This document shows, piece by piece, positions 13,048-26,242 of a stretch of DNA of 64,000 nucleotides; the first letter of the stretch is position 1, and each line of letters begins with the position of its first letter. Under the pieces are notes generated by a model, which was given only the letters and a program-made list of their open reading frames with translations, was not told where the DNA came from and searched no databases. Made by a program: the position numbers and the translations under genes. The stretch comes from Octopus vulgaris (taxonomy: Eukaryota): positions 30,814,001 to 30,878,000 of the forward strand of contig OX597825.1 in assembly GCA_951406725.2 (NCBI GenBank), read 5' to 3'.

Positions 13048-14369
13048 ATCTCAATATTTTGTAGAAAACCACTGCCCCACCTCTCAAATACTCCCAATCA
13101 CCACTTAGTTGAGAAGTCTTTTCCTATATCCTGTTCTTTTCATATCTTGCAAGATATATGCTGACCTTATTAGTGCTTGTCCCATGAAAAAAGCACCCAG
13201 TATATGCAGTAAAGAGATTGGCATCAGGAAGAGCATCCAGCCATAGAAACCCAGCCAAAGCAGACACAGGACCTCAGTGTGGCCTTGGAGCTCATCAGAT
13301 CCTGTAAAATTGTCCAACCCATTCCAGGATAGAAAATGGATGTTAAATAGTAATGTTGATGATGATGATGATGATGACAACAATGAAATTTGTTAGATTT
13401 ACGACATTTTTATTCTAACCATCATGTTATAATTTACTGTTTCGATGAGTACATATCTATCAGAGGTTACTATGTGACACTAGTTTAGTCCATGTCCATT
13501 GTTTGCATATGTGGTCATATGTTGTGTATTTCAGTCTCTAATGATCACTGATCTGCCAAAATTTTGAAAATTTGATAATCGTAATTATAAGTTTTAAGGT
13601 TGATGAATTCAATCCTGTCAGAATTCATTATTTTTCTGACATTGGAACAGTTCCAATTCCTAATTTTCGTGATTACTGATGTCAAAATTATTAATTTCTA
13701 ATAACAAGAGAGCTGTCAGAATTCTTTAAAATTTCATTATTACAAACACATCTTTTATTAATCTGTAAGTAAAGACTGTTTAAGGACCTTGGTGTGGTTA
13801 CCCTTTGCAATTTTCATGTTTGCTAATATGTCAAAATGTTTCCTTATGAATGACAGCATGCCTATAAGGATTTTAAAATGCTCATTATTAAACATATTTA
13901 ACTTTGATGGCACCGAAAGAAAGAAGATGTAATTATTTAAGAAATAATAGAAGTACTGTTCATAAACAAAATTTTGACAAATATAAATGAAGATGTTCAT
14001 GATCATAGTTTTGTGATTATTTTTACATCAAATTAGTACAATATTATCTCAGATACATCTGGTGTGCTTGCAATTTAATAATTATCCTGCTTCTTGACAA
14101 AAAATTCCATTGTTAATAACTATAGAGTTATTGTAATATTCACCATTTAGCATTGTTCAAAAAATGTTTAAGTTTGACAAAAACACTTATCATACATCAT
14201 TTGAATAACACTGTGTGAGTTAAAATATGATAAATGCTAGTTAACAATTAAACTTGTAAATTCTTCATAATTGTTAACCTGCTAGAATTCTCAAAGTTTC
14301 AAAATCTCAGAATACTATCACTAGCAAATGCCAAAAGAAATTATACATGTGACAATCTAACTAACTGGT

Positions 14370-15010
14370 ATTCTGTTGGTTATGATGATGTGTATTCCAG
14401 TTGAACCAATCAACAGAACAACCTGCTCGTGAAATCAACATGCAAATGGCTGAGCACTCCACAGACATGCGTACCTTTGACATGGTAATGTAGTTTGCAG
14501 TGGGATTCAGAATGACACCAAATGTGACAAGACTGGCCCCTTTGAATTACTGGTACAACACATTTTTGCCAGCTGAGTGGACTGGAGCAAAATGAAATAA
14601 AGTGTCTTGCTCAAGGACACAGCATATCATCGGGTATCATACTCATGGCCTTGTGGAGGCACATGGCCTAGTGGTTAGAGAAGCAGCCTCGCAGTCGAGG
14701 GATCGAAGGTTCAAATCTCAGACCGGGCGATGTGTGTGTTTATGAGTGAAAACACCTAAGCTCCATGTGGCTCTGGCGGAAGGTAATGGCAAACTTCTGC
14801 TGACTCTTTAACCACAACTTTCTCTCACTCTTTCCTCCTGCATCTTGCAGCTCACCTGCGATGGACCAGCGTCCCATCCAGGTGGGGAACCTATACGCCA
14901 AGGAAACCAGGAAACTGGCCCTTATGAGCCAGGTATGGCTCGAGAAGGAACATACTCATGGCCTTACAATGATGAGCTGCATACCCTAGCTACTTAGCCA
15001 GACACCTTCA
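14370..15010 (-). mobile_element. tRNA-derived SINE (head 2, tail E) interrupted by a younger SINE
   Basis: 14375-14550 matches the tail region at 31190-31365. GTGTCTTGCTCAAGGACAC marks the CORE-like body. The head resumes after 14965. Confidence 0.7.
14653..14950 (+). mobile_element. tRNA(Arg)-like-head SINE (head 1, tail F) with 15-bp TSD
   Basis: TSD CATACTCATGGCCTT at 14638-14652 and 14951-14965. Carries TGGCCTAGTGGTTAG (A box) and GGTTCAAATC (B box). Confidence 0.88.
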
Positions 15011-16879
15011 CAATGACAATCTACTCAATATATAAGAGAAACCATGTGTACTATGCCTACAGGTGCTGGCAGTCATGAACCAACGTCTGGAGATTCATGC
15101 TTCTTGTCCGAGAAGATATAGCAATGGTCTCTTGTTCCTTCTACCTGTTTATTTACAGTTTACTTTACTAATTCCCTACTCTCCTATGTTTAATCTTGAA
15201 GAACAGGACCCATTTTACTCTTTGGCAAGAGAAGTGGAGCTGGGTCATATGATATCAGAGTGTGTTTTCAAACCAGTGGTCTGATGTGATGCATGTCTAG
15301 GGGCCAACTCCAATTCAAGCCCTAAATGCCTTAGCCAGAGGAACATCTATTTGATGCTTAACTAAGGCCCTTTACAGGTATTACCAAACTGGGCCTTAGT
15401 GGACTTGAGAGTAGTGATAACTCTAGTGTGTCTCTATGCTCTACAAAACTCCTGAATTCTTAAGCTGAAGCTTTACAACTAGACTCAGTTTAATGTCTTA
15501 ATCAGGAGAAACCAGGTATATACTTTAATATTAACATTTGCTAAAAGGTCAGTCTTTCATATTGTTGACATGTCATAATTTCTAAATATTCTAATCAGAT
15601 CTATAGAGCAATTTTCAGAATTCACAAGAGCACATATGACATGATAGTAAAGCTAGTAGAAATCATGATATTCATGTTTGTTAAGATGTTCATTTTTTTT
15701 TTTCTTTTCTTTTTCCAGTTTTGCCGGCTCTACTGCAATCACAAGTTTCAAATAATCATGATCAAAGAAATATAATAAATTTCATGTCTGATAAGTCTGC
15801 AAGTAGATGATTATTTAGGTAGCATAACATTTCAAATACATAGCTTTCATGTTTCTAGTTATGTTAACATTTTCAAATTTCAAAGAACACTGACATTATC
15901 AAAATTTTTGAATTTATATGGACAAAATACACCAAAACTTTTCGAATATAAAGTGAAAATATTTGTCAGAAATCATTAAATTGGTACTGCAGCAGTGCAC
16001 AGACTCATTAAATATTCTACTTTGCAGTAGGAATCTTGAGAAATCCTATCAAATTCTATCACATTGCTAAATGAGGAAAATTTGCAAATTCGTACAAGAC
16101 TGTGGTCAGAAAAATTCCAAAAGTTCACACATTTAAAAGCATGAAAATTATGTTTGATATATGTAATAGGTATGATGATATGAAAATGATCAATCAGGGG
16201 TATCTGGTGCCAAACTAAGAAATGGCCAGGAGCTATGAGAATTTATACTTTATTTGAAAATGAACAAAATTTACAAATTCTAATAGGTTTCTACAAATAA
16301 GAAAATTTCAAAATTCCATGTTACTAAGAATATTTTAATGGATGCTGCATGATAAAAGCAGTTATCTCTGAAGTGTTTTTAGACATGAAATGTAAGTCTT
16401 GAATGGTTGTAAGACTTTATATAATATTGGAAAAATCATGAAAATTTTCAGATTCTCACTAAGTTTGGAAATTCTGATATAATTGTGACCATGAAAATTA
16501 AAAATTCTAAAAGTCTGCTGTCAGCAAGAAATAGGAAAAACATTACAAATAGACATATATAGAAATTTTTTTATATAAAAATAGAGAAATATAAAATTTA
16601 TAAATGCTAACCTTTGGATAAATAAATGACATTTTCTGTCATATAGGGGTTAATCACACATGAAAATTCTGATCTATGTTTGATCATGAAAACTTGAAAA
16701 TTCTGTCAAATCATAAAAAATATATCTTTTTTATTCTATAATAAAATATAACTTCAGTTAAAGAAGTACCTGCATTAAATAAAGTGATGTTACTTACAGT
16801 AATGTTATATAAGAAGACACTCTAATATCTTCCTCTTTTTTACGCTAATGATACTAATGATGATGATGACAACTACAAC

Positions 16880-16913
<34 letters not shown>

Positions 16914-17223
16914 CCTAAAATGAAAAGAAGTAAGAGAAAGGGAAGGAAAAGTAATAATATCACCAGCATAGCACAACATGAAGGGAAGTAACTGCTAGAC
17001 TCTGATACTGATAAAGCATCTAAATCCTGGTTAAAAGTATTTAACCAGTACACATGAAGTTGTATGCAGCTGCAGGTTTCAATGAATTTCTAATGAAGCT
17101 GGGATCAGCATCTGACTGCATATGAGAGAGAGAGAGAAGCAATATTAATTCATCAAAGCAAAAATACTGGAGACCATTAGAATTACAGACCAATAATTCG
17201 TCTATGCAAAATATTGACATCTA

Positions 17224-17964
17224 TGAAGGGAAGTCAAAAATTATCTGCACTTTTGCCAAAACATATTCTTATTATTGTCACATTGCTTTCTGCGCATGCA
17301 CGGTTATAGTTGGTACTATTGTTGTCATGTGATCGTAGTTTGAGCCTGATCATTCCATTTTTTTTTTCAGGCTTTACAGTGTAAGCATAGCTGCTCCACT
17401 AGCAATGTGCACCAAAGAAGAACAAAGATAGTGATCTGATTTCTCCGGAAAAGGGGTGTAAAATCAATAGTGATACAGTGCTTTGCTGGCCAACAAACTG
17501 AAGCCAGCAATTCGCGCCAAATGCCAAAGCCTATTGCCAAAGAAAGTTTTGTTGTTGCATGACAATGTACGCCCACACATGGCTACCCAGACCATTGAAA
17601 CCATTAACCAATTGGATTTTGAGGTGCTGGAACACCCCGCCTACAGTGCAGATCTTACCCCTCCTGACTATGGTATCTTTGAACTATGGTATCGATTTCC
17701 TACGGATGAAGATGTGAAGGAAGTGGCACATAAATGGTTGCACAATCAACCAAAATCCTTCTTCTTCGAGGGAATACACAAGCTTGTATACCACTGGACC
17801 AAATGCATCAAAAAGGACAGAGACTATTTAGAAAAATAATGTACTCATTTATCCCCTGCTTTTGTGTAAATGCATTGAGTATTCCCTCCAACAAGAAGGA
17901 TTTTGGTTGATCATGCAACCATTTATGAAAAACAATAGTGTGTATAATTTTTGACTCTCGTTCA
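17224..17964 (+). mobile_element. Internally deleted mariner (DD34D-type) with TIRs and TA TSD
   Basis: Left end TA|TGAAGGGAAGTCAAAAATTATCTGCAC pairs with right end GTGTGTATAATTTTTGACTCTCGTTCA|TA. ORF 17483-17839 contains LLHDNVRPH...EHPAYSADLTPPDY. Confidence 0.9.
17483..17839 (+). pseudogene. Mariner transposase C-terminal fragment
   Basis: HDNxRPH and YSxDLxPxDY motifs, plus the GIHKLVYHWTKCI...DYLEK C-terminus. Confidence 0.85.
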
Positions 17965-18736
17965 TATATTTACCCAGAAGTTAGCTGGTTATCCGGAAAA
18001 TAGTAACATCTTTTCAAAAGAGGAACAGAAAAAGAGTCAAAAAACAAATGGCAGAATATCAAAAGACAGTTATATAGATTTAATGGTTTTACATAGTTGA
18101 AAATTTGGAAATTTTATGGCTGGGTAATATTTTCAAATTCAGCAATTTACAAATATTTTATAATGCTTATAATTTGGAGATAAAAGAGTAAAAGAGATAA
18201 ACATTTAGTCCTGACCTGGATTGATAACAAAAAACCTTTCTTGGATATAGGAGACACTGTAGATAAACAAAATAGACCTATAATAGAACAGTTTATGTAA
18301 AACTTCAAAATTACTACAGCTTTCACAGGTAAACGATAGCCTGGTAACATGTACTATACTTTTGTTTATTGTTTATGGTACTTATGTAGTTGCTAGCTGA
18401 CACTGACACCCTTTTGATTATCTCATCCCTTTCTTAGCAAAATATTGCTGATTTAACAATTGGAAAGAAACAGATCTGCTCCAGAACTAAGAAGCTACTC
18501 ATTTTCGGTTGATTAAACTGGAGCAATGATGCACTTTGGTCAAGGACACAATGTACCATCTGGTCAAGAATCAACCTTATGGTCATAAGACCATTTTTCT
18601 AACCCATAGGCCACAGGACTTCATAAAGCTACAATATCAAGACATGAAAAGTAGAAGATAATAAAACTCATCCCTGTTTATTCTAAATGATGTGTTTTTT
18701 CTGGAAAACACCTTGCCACTACATTTCTATCTTGCT

Positions 18737-19903
18737 TGCACAAGTACAATGAATGCTGAAAATGTGCAGAAAATAGACTCCATCAACTGCCAAGGAGGCA
18801 AGCTAGTGATAGTAGATAGCTTCTGTTATCTAGGTGACCAAGTTAGTAGTGGAGATGGATGCTACGAGAGTGTAGCTGCAAGAATAAAATTAGGCTGGGC
18901 AGAGTTTAGAGAGCTCCTACTCCTGCTGGCAACAAAGGGCCTCTCTCTCAGAGTGAAAGGCAAACTGTTTGATGCCTGAGTGTGAACAGCTATGTTGCAT
19001 GGCAGTGAAACATGGGTTGTGACAGCTGAGGACATGTGTAGGCTTGAAAGAAATGAAGCTAGTATGCTTCACTGGATGTGCAATGTCAGTGTGCATGTTT
19101 GACAGAGTGTAAGCATCTTGAGAGAAAAGTTAGGCATAAGAGGCAGCAAATGTGGTGTACAAGGGAGACGAATGTGCTGGTATGGTCATGTGATGTGTAT
19201 GGACACAGACAGCTGTGTAAAAAAGTGGCGATCTCTAACTGTGGAGAGAACCTGTGGTAGAGGTAAACCCAAGAAGACATGGAATAAAGTGGTGAAGCAT
19301 GATCTTCGAACTTTGAGCCTCACAGAGGCAATGACTTGAGCCAAGACCTTTGGCGATATGCTGTACTTGAGAAGACCTGTCAAGCCAAGTGAAATCATAG
19401 TTGTGACTGATGCTGGTGCCATGTAACTGGCACCTGTGCCTGTGGCGCGTAAGGAGCACCTGACAAGCATTGGGCCTCATGGAGGCAAAGTGGTTGAGTT
19501 CCTTTCGAGTGGTGTGCCTCACAGAGGCAAAGTGGCTGAGGTACTTTCGAATGTTGGACCTCATGGAGACAAAGTGTTTGAGTTCCTTTTGAGCGTTGGG
19601 CCTCTCAAAGGCAATGACGAAGACCTTTGGTATTATGTCGTGTATGAGAAGGAGACCCATCAAGCTGAGCAGAATCGCAATCATGGTAAAAAGTGGTGTC
19701 ATGCAAATGACACCCATGCCAGTGGCACATAAAAGCGCCCATTACACACTTGGAGTGATTAACATTAGGAAGGGCATCCAGCTCTAGAAACCATGCCAAA
19801 TCAGACTGGAGTCCGGCGCAGCATTCCAGCTTGCCAGCCCTGGTCAAACTGTCAGACCCATACCAGCATGGACAACGGACGTTAAATGATGATGATGATG
19901 ATG
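18737..19903 (+). mobile_element. RTE-clade LINE 3' fragment (RT C-terminus, 3' UTR with 42-bp repeats, GAT tail)
   Basis: VDSFCYLGD...ARIKLGWAEFREL...LRVKGKL, then WYGHV...GRGKPKKTW, with stops and frameshifts. Ends GGACGTTAAATGATGATG. Confidence 0.9.
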
Positions 19904-20545
19904 TTGAAATACCAAAATGGTTGCAATGTAATGGTTTAGCTATAAACTATCTCTTCTGTATAGATGTTTATTGCCTAATAATGAAATTAGACAAATCTGC
20001 CAAATCTACACTAAATAAATAAATAAATAAATAAATAAGAGGGACGTTGGCACTGGATGAACTGTTTACACCCCTACCTACTTTCAAGAAATTTTGCCCA
20101 CGTTGGACCTTCTGTTGACATAGCCATTTCTTCTCTAAATTTAGCAGGTATTTCATTTATTTTAGGAGCCGTTAACTTCATCATTACTATTATCAAATCA
20201 AAGCTGTCTCCACAACTTTTTAATAGTATTTAAAACTGATAAGATAGAACATACAGAAATGTAAGAAAATAATTAAAGATTAATGAACAAAATAGATTCT
20301 AGATACAAATATACAATACATCTCTATAATAAACTACAGCTTCAGCATAATAGAAAACTAGAAAACTACACACTAAATTTTGAACGTGTCATCCTAAAAC
20401 TAACAGAGATAGAATATACCTACCATGCAGTCAGGAGGGAGGGGACTAGTATAAATAAATAAAAAAAACTATTAGAAGTAACCATAAACAAATTAGGAAA
20501 TTACTTTGAAGCCAGCGAAAGCAGCCTGGTTAGTATAATAATAAC

Positions 20546-20597
<52 letters not shown>

Positions 20598-21474
20598 AGA
20601 ATTATAATAATAATATTAATGATAATGATAATGCAACAAGAAAACATAAAATTTTTGTCAAAGTATTTGAAGTGTAAAGAAAGTACAAAGTAAAAGCTAA
20701 TTATATATCAATAGAAAAGATTCAATTAAGAAGAAAATCAAAGAAAAAAAGTTAAAAGAATATGTCAAAAGATAAAATCGAAATGGAACTCCAAAAATAC
20801 TGCAAAATCTTAAATGGTGGTGGCGGGAGAGAAACTTCTCCATGGTCAGTGTCTTACAAATTTGGACAATGACGAACCAAGAGGAAAGTTGATAACAGCT
20901 CAAAAGATTTGAACTACTGGTAGAAATAAATGGTTTAGATTTTTGCACAAGACCAATGCTTAGCCACAGGCAAAAAAAATTATCAAATAGAACAATGAGT
21001 CAAAGAAAGAATCATGCAAAGGCTGACATCAGCTGAAGATTTTATTATCATAATAAAGCAGTCATCCACGTTTGTTCAAACTGACAAGTCTTTACATTAG
21101 ATATTTTCATGTGGGCAAAATATGTAGACATCCATGTTTAAAAAAACAACAACACTGAAAATACACAATATATGATATAAACATACACTAAACTTGGTAT
21201 GTTACATTGTCATGGCTACTATTTCCTGAAGTCACGACAGACTAACAATATGAGATCAATATGAATCACCAAGATACCAAAATCAAAGACTAGCATGGAA
21301 CTGTATGAATGGTGACAGACAGCTTAATACATTCCAACATAACGGTTTCTTGGAAGGAAGTTAAAACATTACCTGAATAGAAGGATCTATAAAAGATAAA
21401 TCAGCAAGGTATATAGCATGGGATTAAACATAAGGCCAATAAGTTTGCTCTAGGTATGATAAATATGAACATCC

Positions 21475-21705
21475 AAGGTGGCGAACTGGCTGAAATGTTA
21501 GCACGCCAGACGAAATGCGTAGCCGTATTTCGTCTGCCGTTATGTTCTGAGTTCAAATTCCGGCGAGGTCGACTTTGCTTTTCATTTTTTCGGGTCAATA
21601 AATTAAGTACCAGTTATGCACTGGGGTCGATGTAATCGGCTTTGTCTGTCCTTGTTTGTCCCCTCTACATTTAGCCCCCTGTGGGTAGAAAAGAAATTAA
21701 AGAAA
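21475..21705 (+). mobile_element. SINE family A with ~24-bp TSD
   Basis: TAGGTATGATaAATATGAACATCC at 21451-21474 versus TAGGTATGATgAATATGAACATCC at 21706-21729. Confidence 0.85.
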
Positions 21706-22061
21706 TAGGTATGATGAATATGAACATCCTCCTCCTCATCATCATCGTTTTCATGTCCACATTTTTATGGCTGTACATACTGGACAGAATTTACTGAGGT
21801 AGATTTTCTAAAGCTGAATGCCTGTCCTGTTGCCAGCCTTTACTTGCATCCAAATAAGGAAACCTTTCCTCATGGCTAAACATATTTTTCACTGAAAACA
21901 GAAAATGAAGAAATGAAGGATTCTGCATGTATGACAATGGCACTTCTTTACAACTAACAGGTGATGTCAAAACAGGGCTTCTTTCAGTTTCCATCTACCA
22001 AATCCACTCACAAAGCTTGTTTGTGTGTATTTACATAAATGTGTGTGTGTATGTGTGTGTG

Positions 22062-22965
22062 TAATCCAAAAGTTCATAAAATAATAAAATGAAAACGATT
22101 GCAACAAAAACTGAATTGAAATAATAAAATAATAAAACGAATTGCAAACTGAATTGAAAAATAAAAAGTTCCAATAAGAGCTAGCAGTGACCTTCATGAA
22201 GTAGTGTGTAGAGCAACATCACAGTGTCTATTTTGCAAGTTGTGAAATTTGTGTTTTTGTGATCACATGTATGCAGTAGTTTGCAATTTTGTCATGGACG
22301 GGAACAAAGAACCAATGTGAAACTTTTTGTGTTAAACTTGAGAACTCTGCTACAGAGACATTGAACATGCTTCAGCAGCTTACAGTTACAAGGCAATGGG
22401 TCGTACGCAATGTTTCAGCTGGCACAGGCACTTCGAAAGTGGAAGAACGTCCCTGAAAGACGATGGGATCTGGAAGAACTGCCACATGTGTCACTCCCAG
22501 AAATGTGGTATTGTGCAGCAAGAATTCATCCCCCAGGACCAAAATGTCAATCAAGAGTTCTTCTGTGTCGTTTGGAAGCATTTGATGGAGGACATTTGGC
22601 AAGAGAGATCAGATCTGTGAAGCTCAAAGAATCGGATTCTTCACAGTGACAATACACCCTGTCACTGAACTCTCCTCATTCATGTATTTCTCACCAAAAA
22701 CAACATGGTATTGCTTCCGCACACACCCTATTCACCAAATTTAGAACCTGTAGACTTCCATCTCTTCCCCAAGAGGAAAATGTAGCTCAATGGTTGCCAT
22801 TCTAGCACCCTTGTTGAGATCCAGGGTGAATCATACAAGGTCCTTGATCTGCTTACAGAAAACGACTTTCAAGCCGGATTCCAAAACTGACAGGAATGTT
22901 GGGACTGGTATATTGCTGCACATGATGACTATTTTGACGGAGATGATGTTAAAACTTAGGTAAAT
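22062..22965 (+). mobile_element. Degenerate, internally deleted mariner
   Basis: 22293-22465 encodes SATETLNMLQ...MGRTQCFSWHRHFESGRTSLKDD. 22630-22958 encodes ILHSDN.P...PHTPYSPNLEPVDFHLFPK...DDYFDGD. Confidence 0.85.
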
Positions 22966-22969
22966 ATAG

Positions 22970-23373
22970 GCATAGGAGCGGCTGTGTGGTAAGTAGCTTC
23001 CTTACGAACCACATGGTTCTGGGTTCAGTCCCACTGCATGGCACCTTGGACAAGTGTCTTCTACTATAGCCTCGGGCCAACCAAAGCCTTGTGAGTGGAT
23101 TTGATGGATGGAAACTGAAAGAAGCCTGTCATATATATGTATATATATATATTTATAGATATATATATGTATGTGTGTGTATATGTTTGTGTACCTGTGT
23201 TTGTCCCTCCAACATCACTTGACAACCGATGCTGGTGTGTTTATGTCCCAGTAACTTAGCGGTTTAGCAAAAGCAACCGATAGAATAAATACTAGGCTTA
23301 CAACTAAAGGCGGTGCTCCAGCATGGCCACAGTCACATGATTGAAACAAGTAAAAGAGTAAAAGTGTAAAAGA
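22970..23373 (+). mobile_element. SINE family B
   Basis: Matches 10637-11046, with a deletion in the 3' part. Confidence 0.85.
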
Positions 23374-23979
23374 GATGGATAATGGTGAGGAGGTGTCCAG
23401 GTGGGCTCACAAGTCACAAAGTGAGTAGAAGTAGGTGGGTGACTCCATCATGCAGGTAAGAAGGAAAAATCATTTAAATAATGGGGTGGATATTGTGAAA
23501 AGACCACAGTTGTCAAGAATGAAGTTTGGTAATTCTGAGAATATTTCTAGCTCATATCCAGTTTTACCATTACTAAACTACAATTTTATATTTTCTAAAA
23601 TAATGTCTCTTTACAAATGTTAAATGTAGATTACAATTTTAACTATATCTGTTGTTTTTAAGTACTAATTTTAGATAATTATTTCTAATGTTGTTTGCTG
23701 TTACTGCTAATTTCTAGAAATTTCAAAGAATTACGTTTCGACATATTTTTCAAAATATACATGCAAAATAAAAATAATATAATATAATTAATTAATTTAG
23801 CTTTCATCTCAAAGAATTCTGTAACCTGCTGGATAACATGCCACTGATACACAGCCTAATACAAATGATAGCAGTAGCACACACATGAACACACATACAT
23901 GAATACACACACATGTATATAGATATGTATTATTATGCATTTGCATGTGCTTGTGTATGTTTGTGATTGTATGTGCACA

Positions 23980-24014
<35 letters not shown>

Positions 24015-24500
24015 ATATAGAAATTATATACAATGTGTTTAATAAAAACACATATTGATTCTTGGTGTGAAAACATAAACTGTGAATATATGTTCACGAT
24101 ACTCAATCTCACCTGCCAAAGATGCTGCAATTTATTCACAAGTTATATTTTCACAGTATGAGTAAATGTATCATAATTAAACATGCTGTATATGATTTGC
24201 CTTATACACATTCACACATAATGACACTGTTTTGATAATTTTATTATAAATATGTATATATGTGAATGTGTGAGTGTGTGTTTGTATATTTCGTGTTATG
24301 CTAAGAAGCAGTGCACAGTACCAGAATTTTCAACTTTGAGTCAAATCTAACAAACTACTTCAAATTGATGTTAGAGTATCCATGTGAATGGAGTCTTGAC
24401 CGGTTAGTTTGTACTGGTAACTGGCATCAAGTTGTGTAAATGGTAATAAGGGAGTCAAACCAAACAGAAGTATTTTGAAGTCATTTAATACATACATATA

Positions 24501-24914
24501 TAGGAGTAGGAGTGGCTGTGTGGTAAGTAGCTTGCTTACCAACCACATGGTTTGGGTTCAGTCCCACTGTGTGGCAACTTGGGCAAGTGTTTTCTACTAT
24601 AACCTCGGGCCGACCAAAGCCTTGTGAGTGGATTTGGTAGACGGAAACTGAAAGAAGCCCGTCATATATATGTATATATATGTATGTGTGTGTATGTGTA
24701 TATGTTTGTGTGTCTGCGTTTGTCCCCCCAACATCGCTTGACAACTGATGCTGGTATGTTTACGTTCCTGTAACTTAGCAGTTTGGCAAAAGAGACTGAT
24801 AGAGTAAGTACTAGGCTTACAAAGAATAAGTCCTGGGGTCGATTTGCACGACTAAAGGCGGTGCTCCAGCATAGCTGCAGTCAAATGACTGAAACAAGTA
24901 AAAGAGTAAAAGAG
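24501..24914 (+). mobile_element. SINE family B, full length
   Basis: Matches 10637-11046. Confidence 0.88.
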
Positions 24915-25379
24915 TATACATTTCAGATTTGCATAATATATATAATAGGAAATACATTCATGACATAAGAACTTCCTATATTTTGAAATGTTTTAACTGA
25001 AGAAGGTCTTATGTAATGAATGCATTTCCTATTATATATGTTATGCAGACTTCATTATTACAACTTGCACATCTCCATGGCAGTTCAAACTAGTCAGTCC
25101 AGACTTCATTTAAACAGATGTGTTGTTATATATGTAAGTATATTTCTATGTATGCATATATGCATGTATAAACATATAGGTGTGTGTATCAACATGCAGC
25201 GCTTTGTGGATATGAGGTTTGTTTCACTACCACATAGCTTCAGACTCAGGCTCACTTCGTAGCATGTTGGGTCAGTGTTTTCTCCTGTAGTACTAAGCCC
25301 ACCCATGTCTTGTGAGCTAATTTGTTTGATGGATATTGTAGAGAAGCCCATTGTATATTTATATCGTTTGTATCTTTAC

Positions 25380-25725
25380 CAGGGGAGGTAACTAAATTGA
25401 GTTTGGCAAATTTGTTTGGCACTCAGCAGTAGTTGAAAAAGAAAAAGAAAGAAAAATGATCGACTGTGTATGAAATATGCATGCTTGGTGTTAAGGGAAG
25501 CAACTCCTATCAGCGCCATATAGTCGATTGTGCAACTACAGAAAAACGATTTCGCATGGCTTTATCGATCGCATGCTCACCTGGAATCGATTTTTGTAAT
25601 TTTTTCAAGACTTATACACACCCTGATACTGTCGGTATCTACATAACAAATTTGAGCGCAATCAGATGGAGGATGCCCAAGATCTAAGAAGACACACACA
25701 GACAGAACGGATTTTATATAAGAGA
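25380..25725 (-). mobile_element. Possible Helitron-like 5' portion
   Basis: Minus strand begins A|TCTCTTATATAAAATCCGTTCTGTCTGTGTGTGTC, like the other Helitron 5' ends here. No 3' CTAG end was found. Confidence 0.4.
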
Positions 25726-26124
25726 TGTATCGCTAACTATGACACATAGTACCATTGTTAGAAAATCTATAACCTCATGTAATTTAAACAAATGAGAAGC
25801 ATGAAAGCTGACAGGACATTTGTATGGCTTAGTGGTTATTCACTTCATCAGCCACTGCTGAACTAAAGAGTATTACTTATTTAACCAGACACTCTACAGT
25901 AGCTGTGGACAACATTAGTGGTGGAGGAGGATATAAGTCATTAGGAACAGATAATGGGGGAAAATGTTCACTCTGTATATCACCACAAAATTACTGGATT
26001 AGAAATGTAGAGAAAATACCTTCAGAAAGGCCTACAAAAGAAACATAATCAGTAGTTACATGTAGAAACATGCCTAGAGATGTGTAGGTATGTACATATA
26101 TATGTGGTGGGGGGTACATATGTT

Positions 26125-26178
<54 letters not shown>

Positions 26179-26242
26179 CAGAGACAGAGACAGAGACAGA
26201 CAGACAGACATACAAACAGACATATAGAGATAGAGAGAGAGA

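Noticed and set aside
14653-14730. tRNA gene calls for the SINE heads (also 31490-31564 and 43414-43490)
   Set aside because: A and B boxes are present, but each head continues into a SINE body, two have TSDs and no full cloverleaf could be drawn.
15690-15760. Polypyrimidine tract plus CAG as a splice acceptor
   Set aside because: Only a short unrecognisable frame follows, and no partner exons were found.
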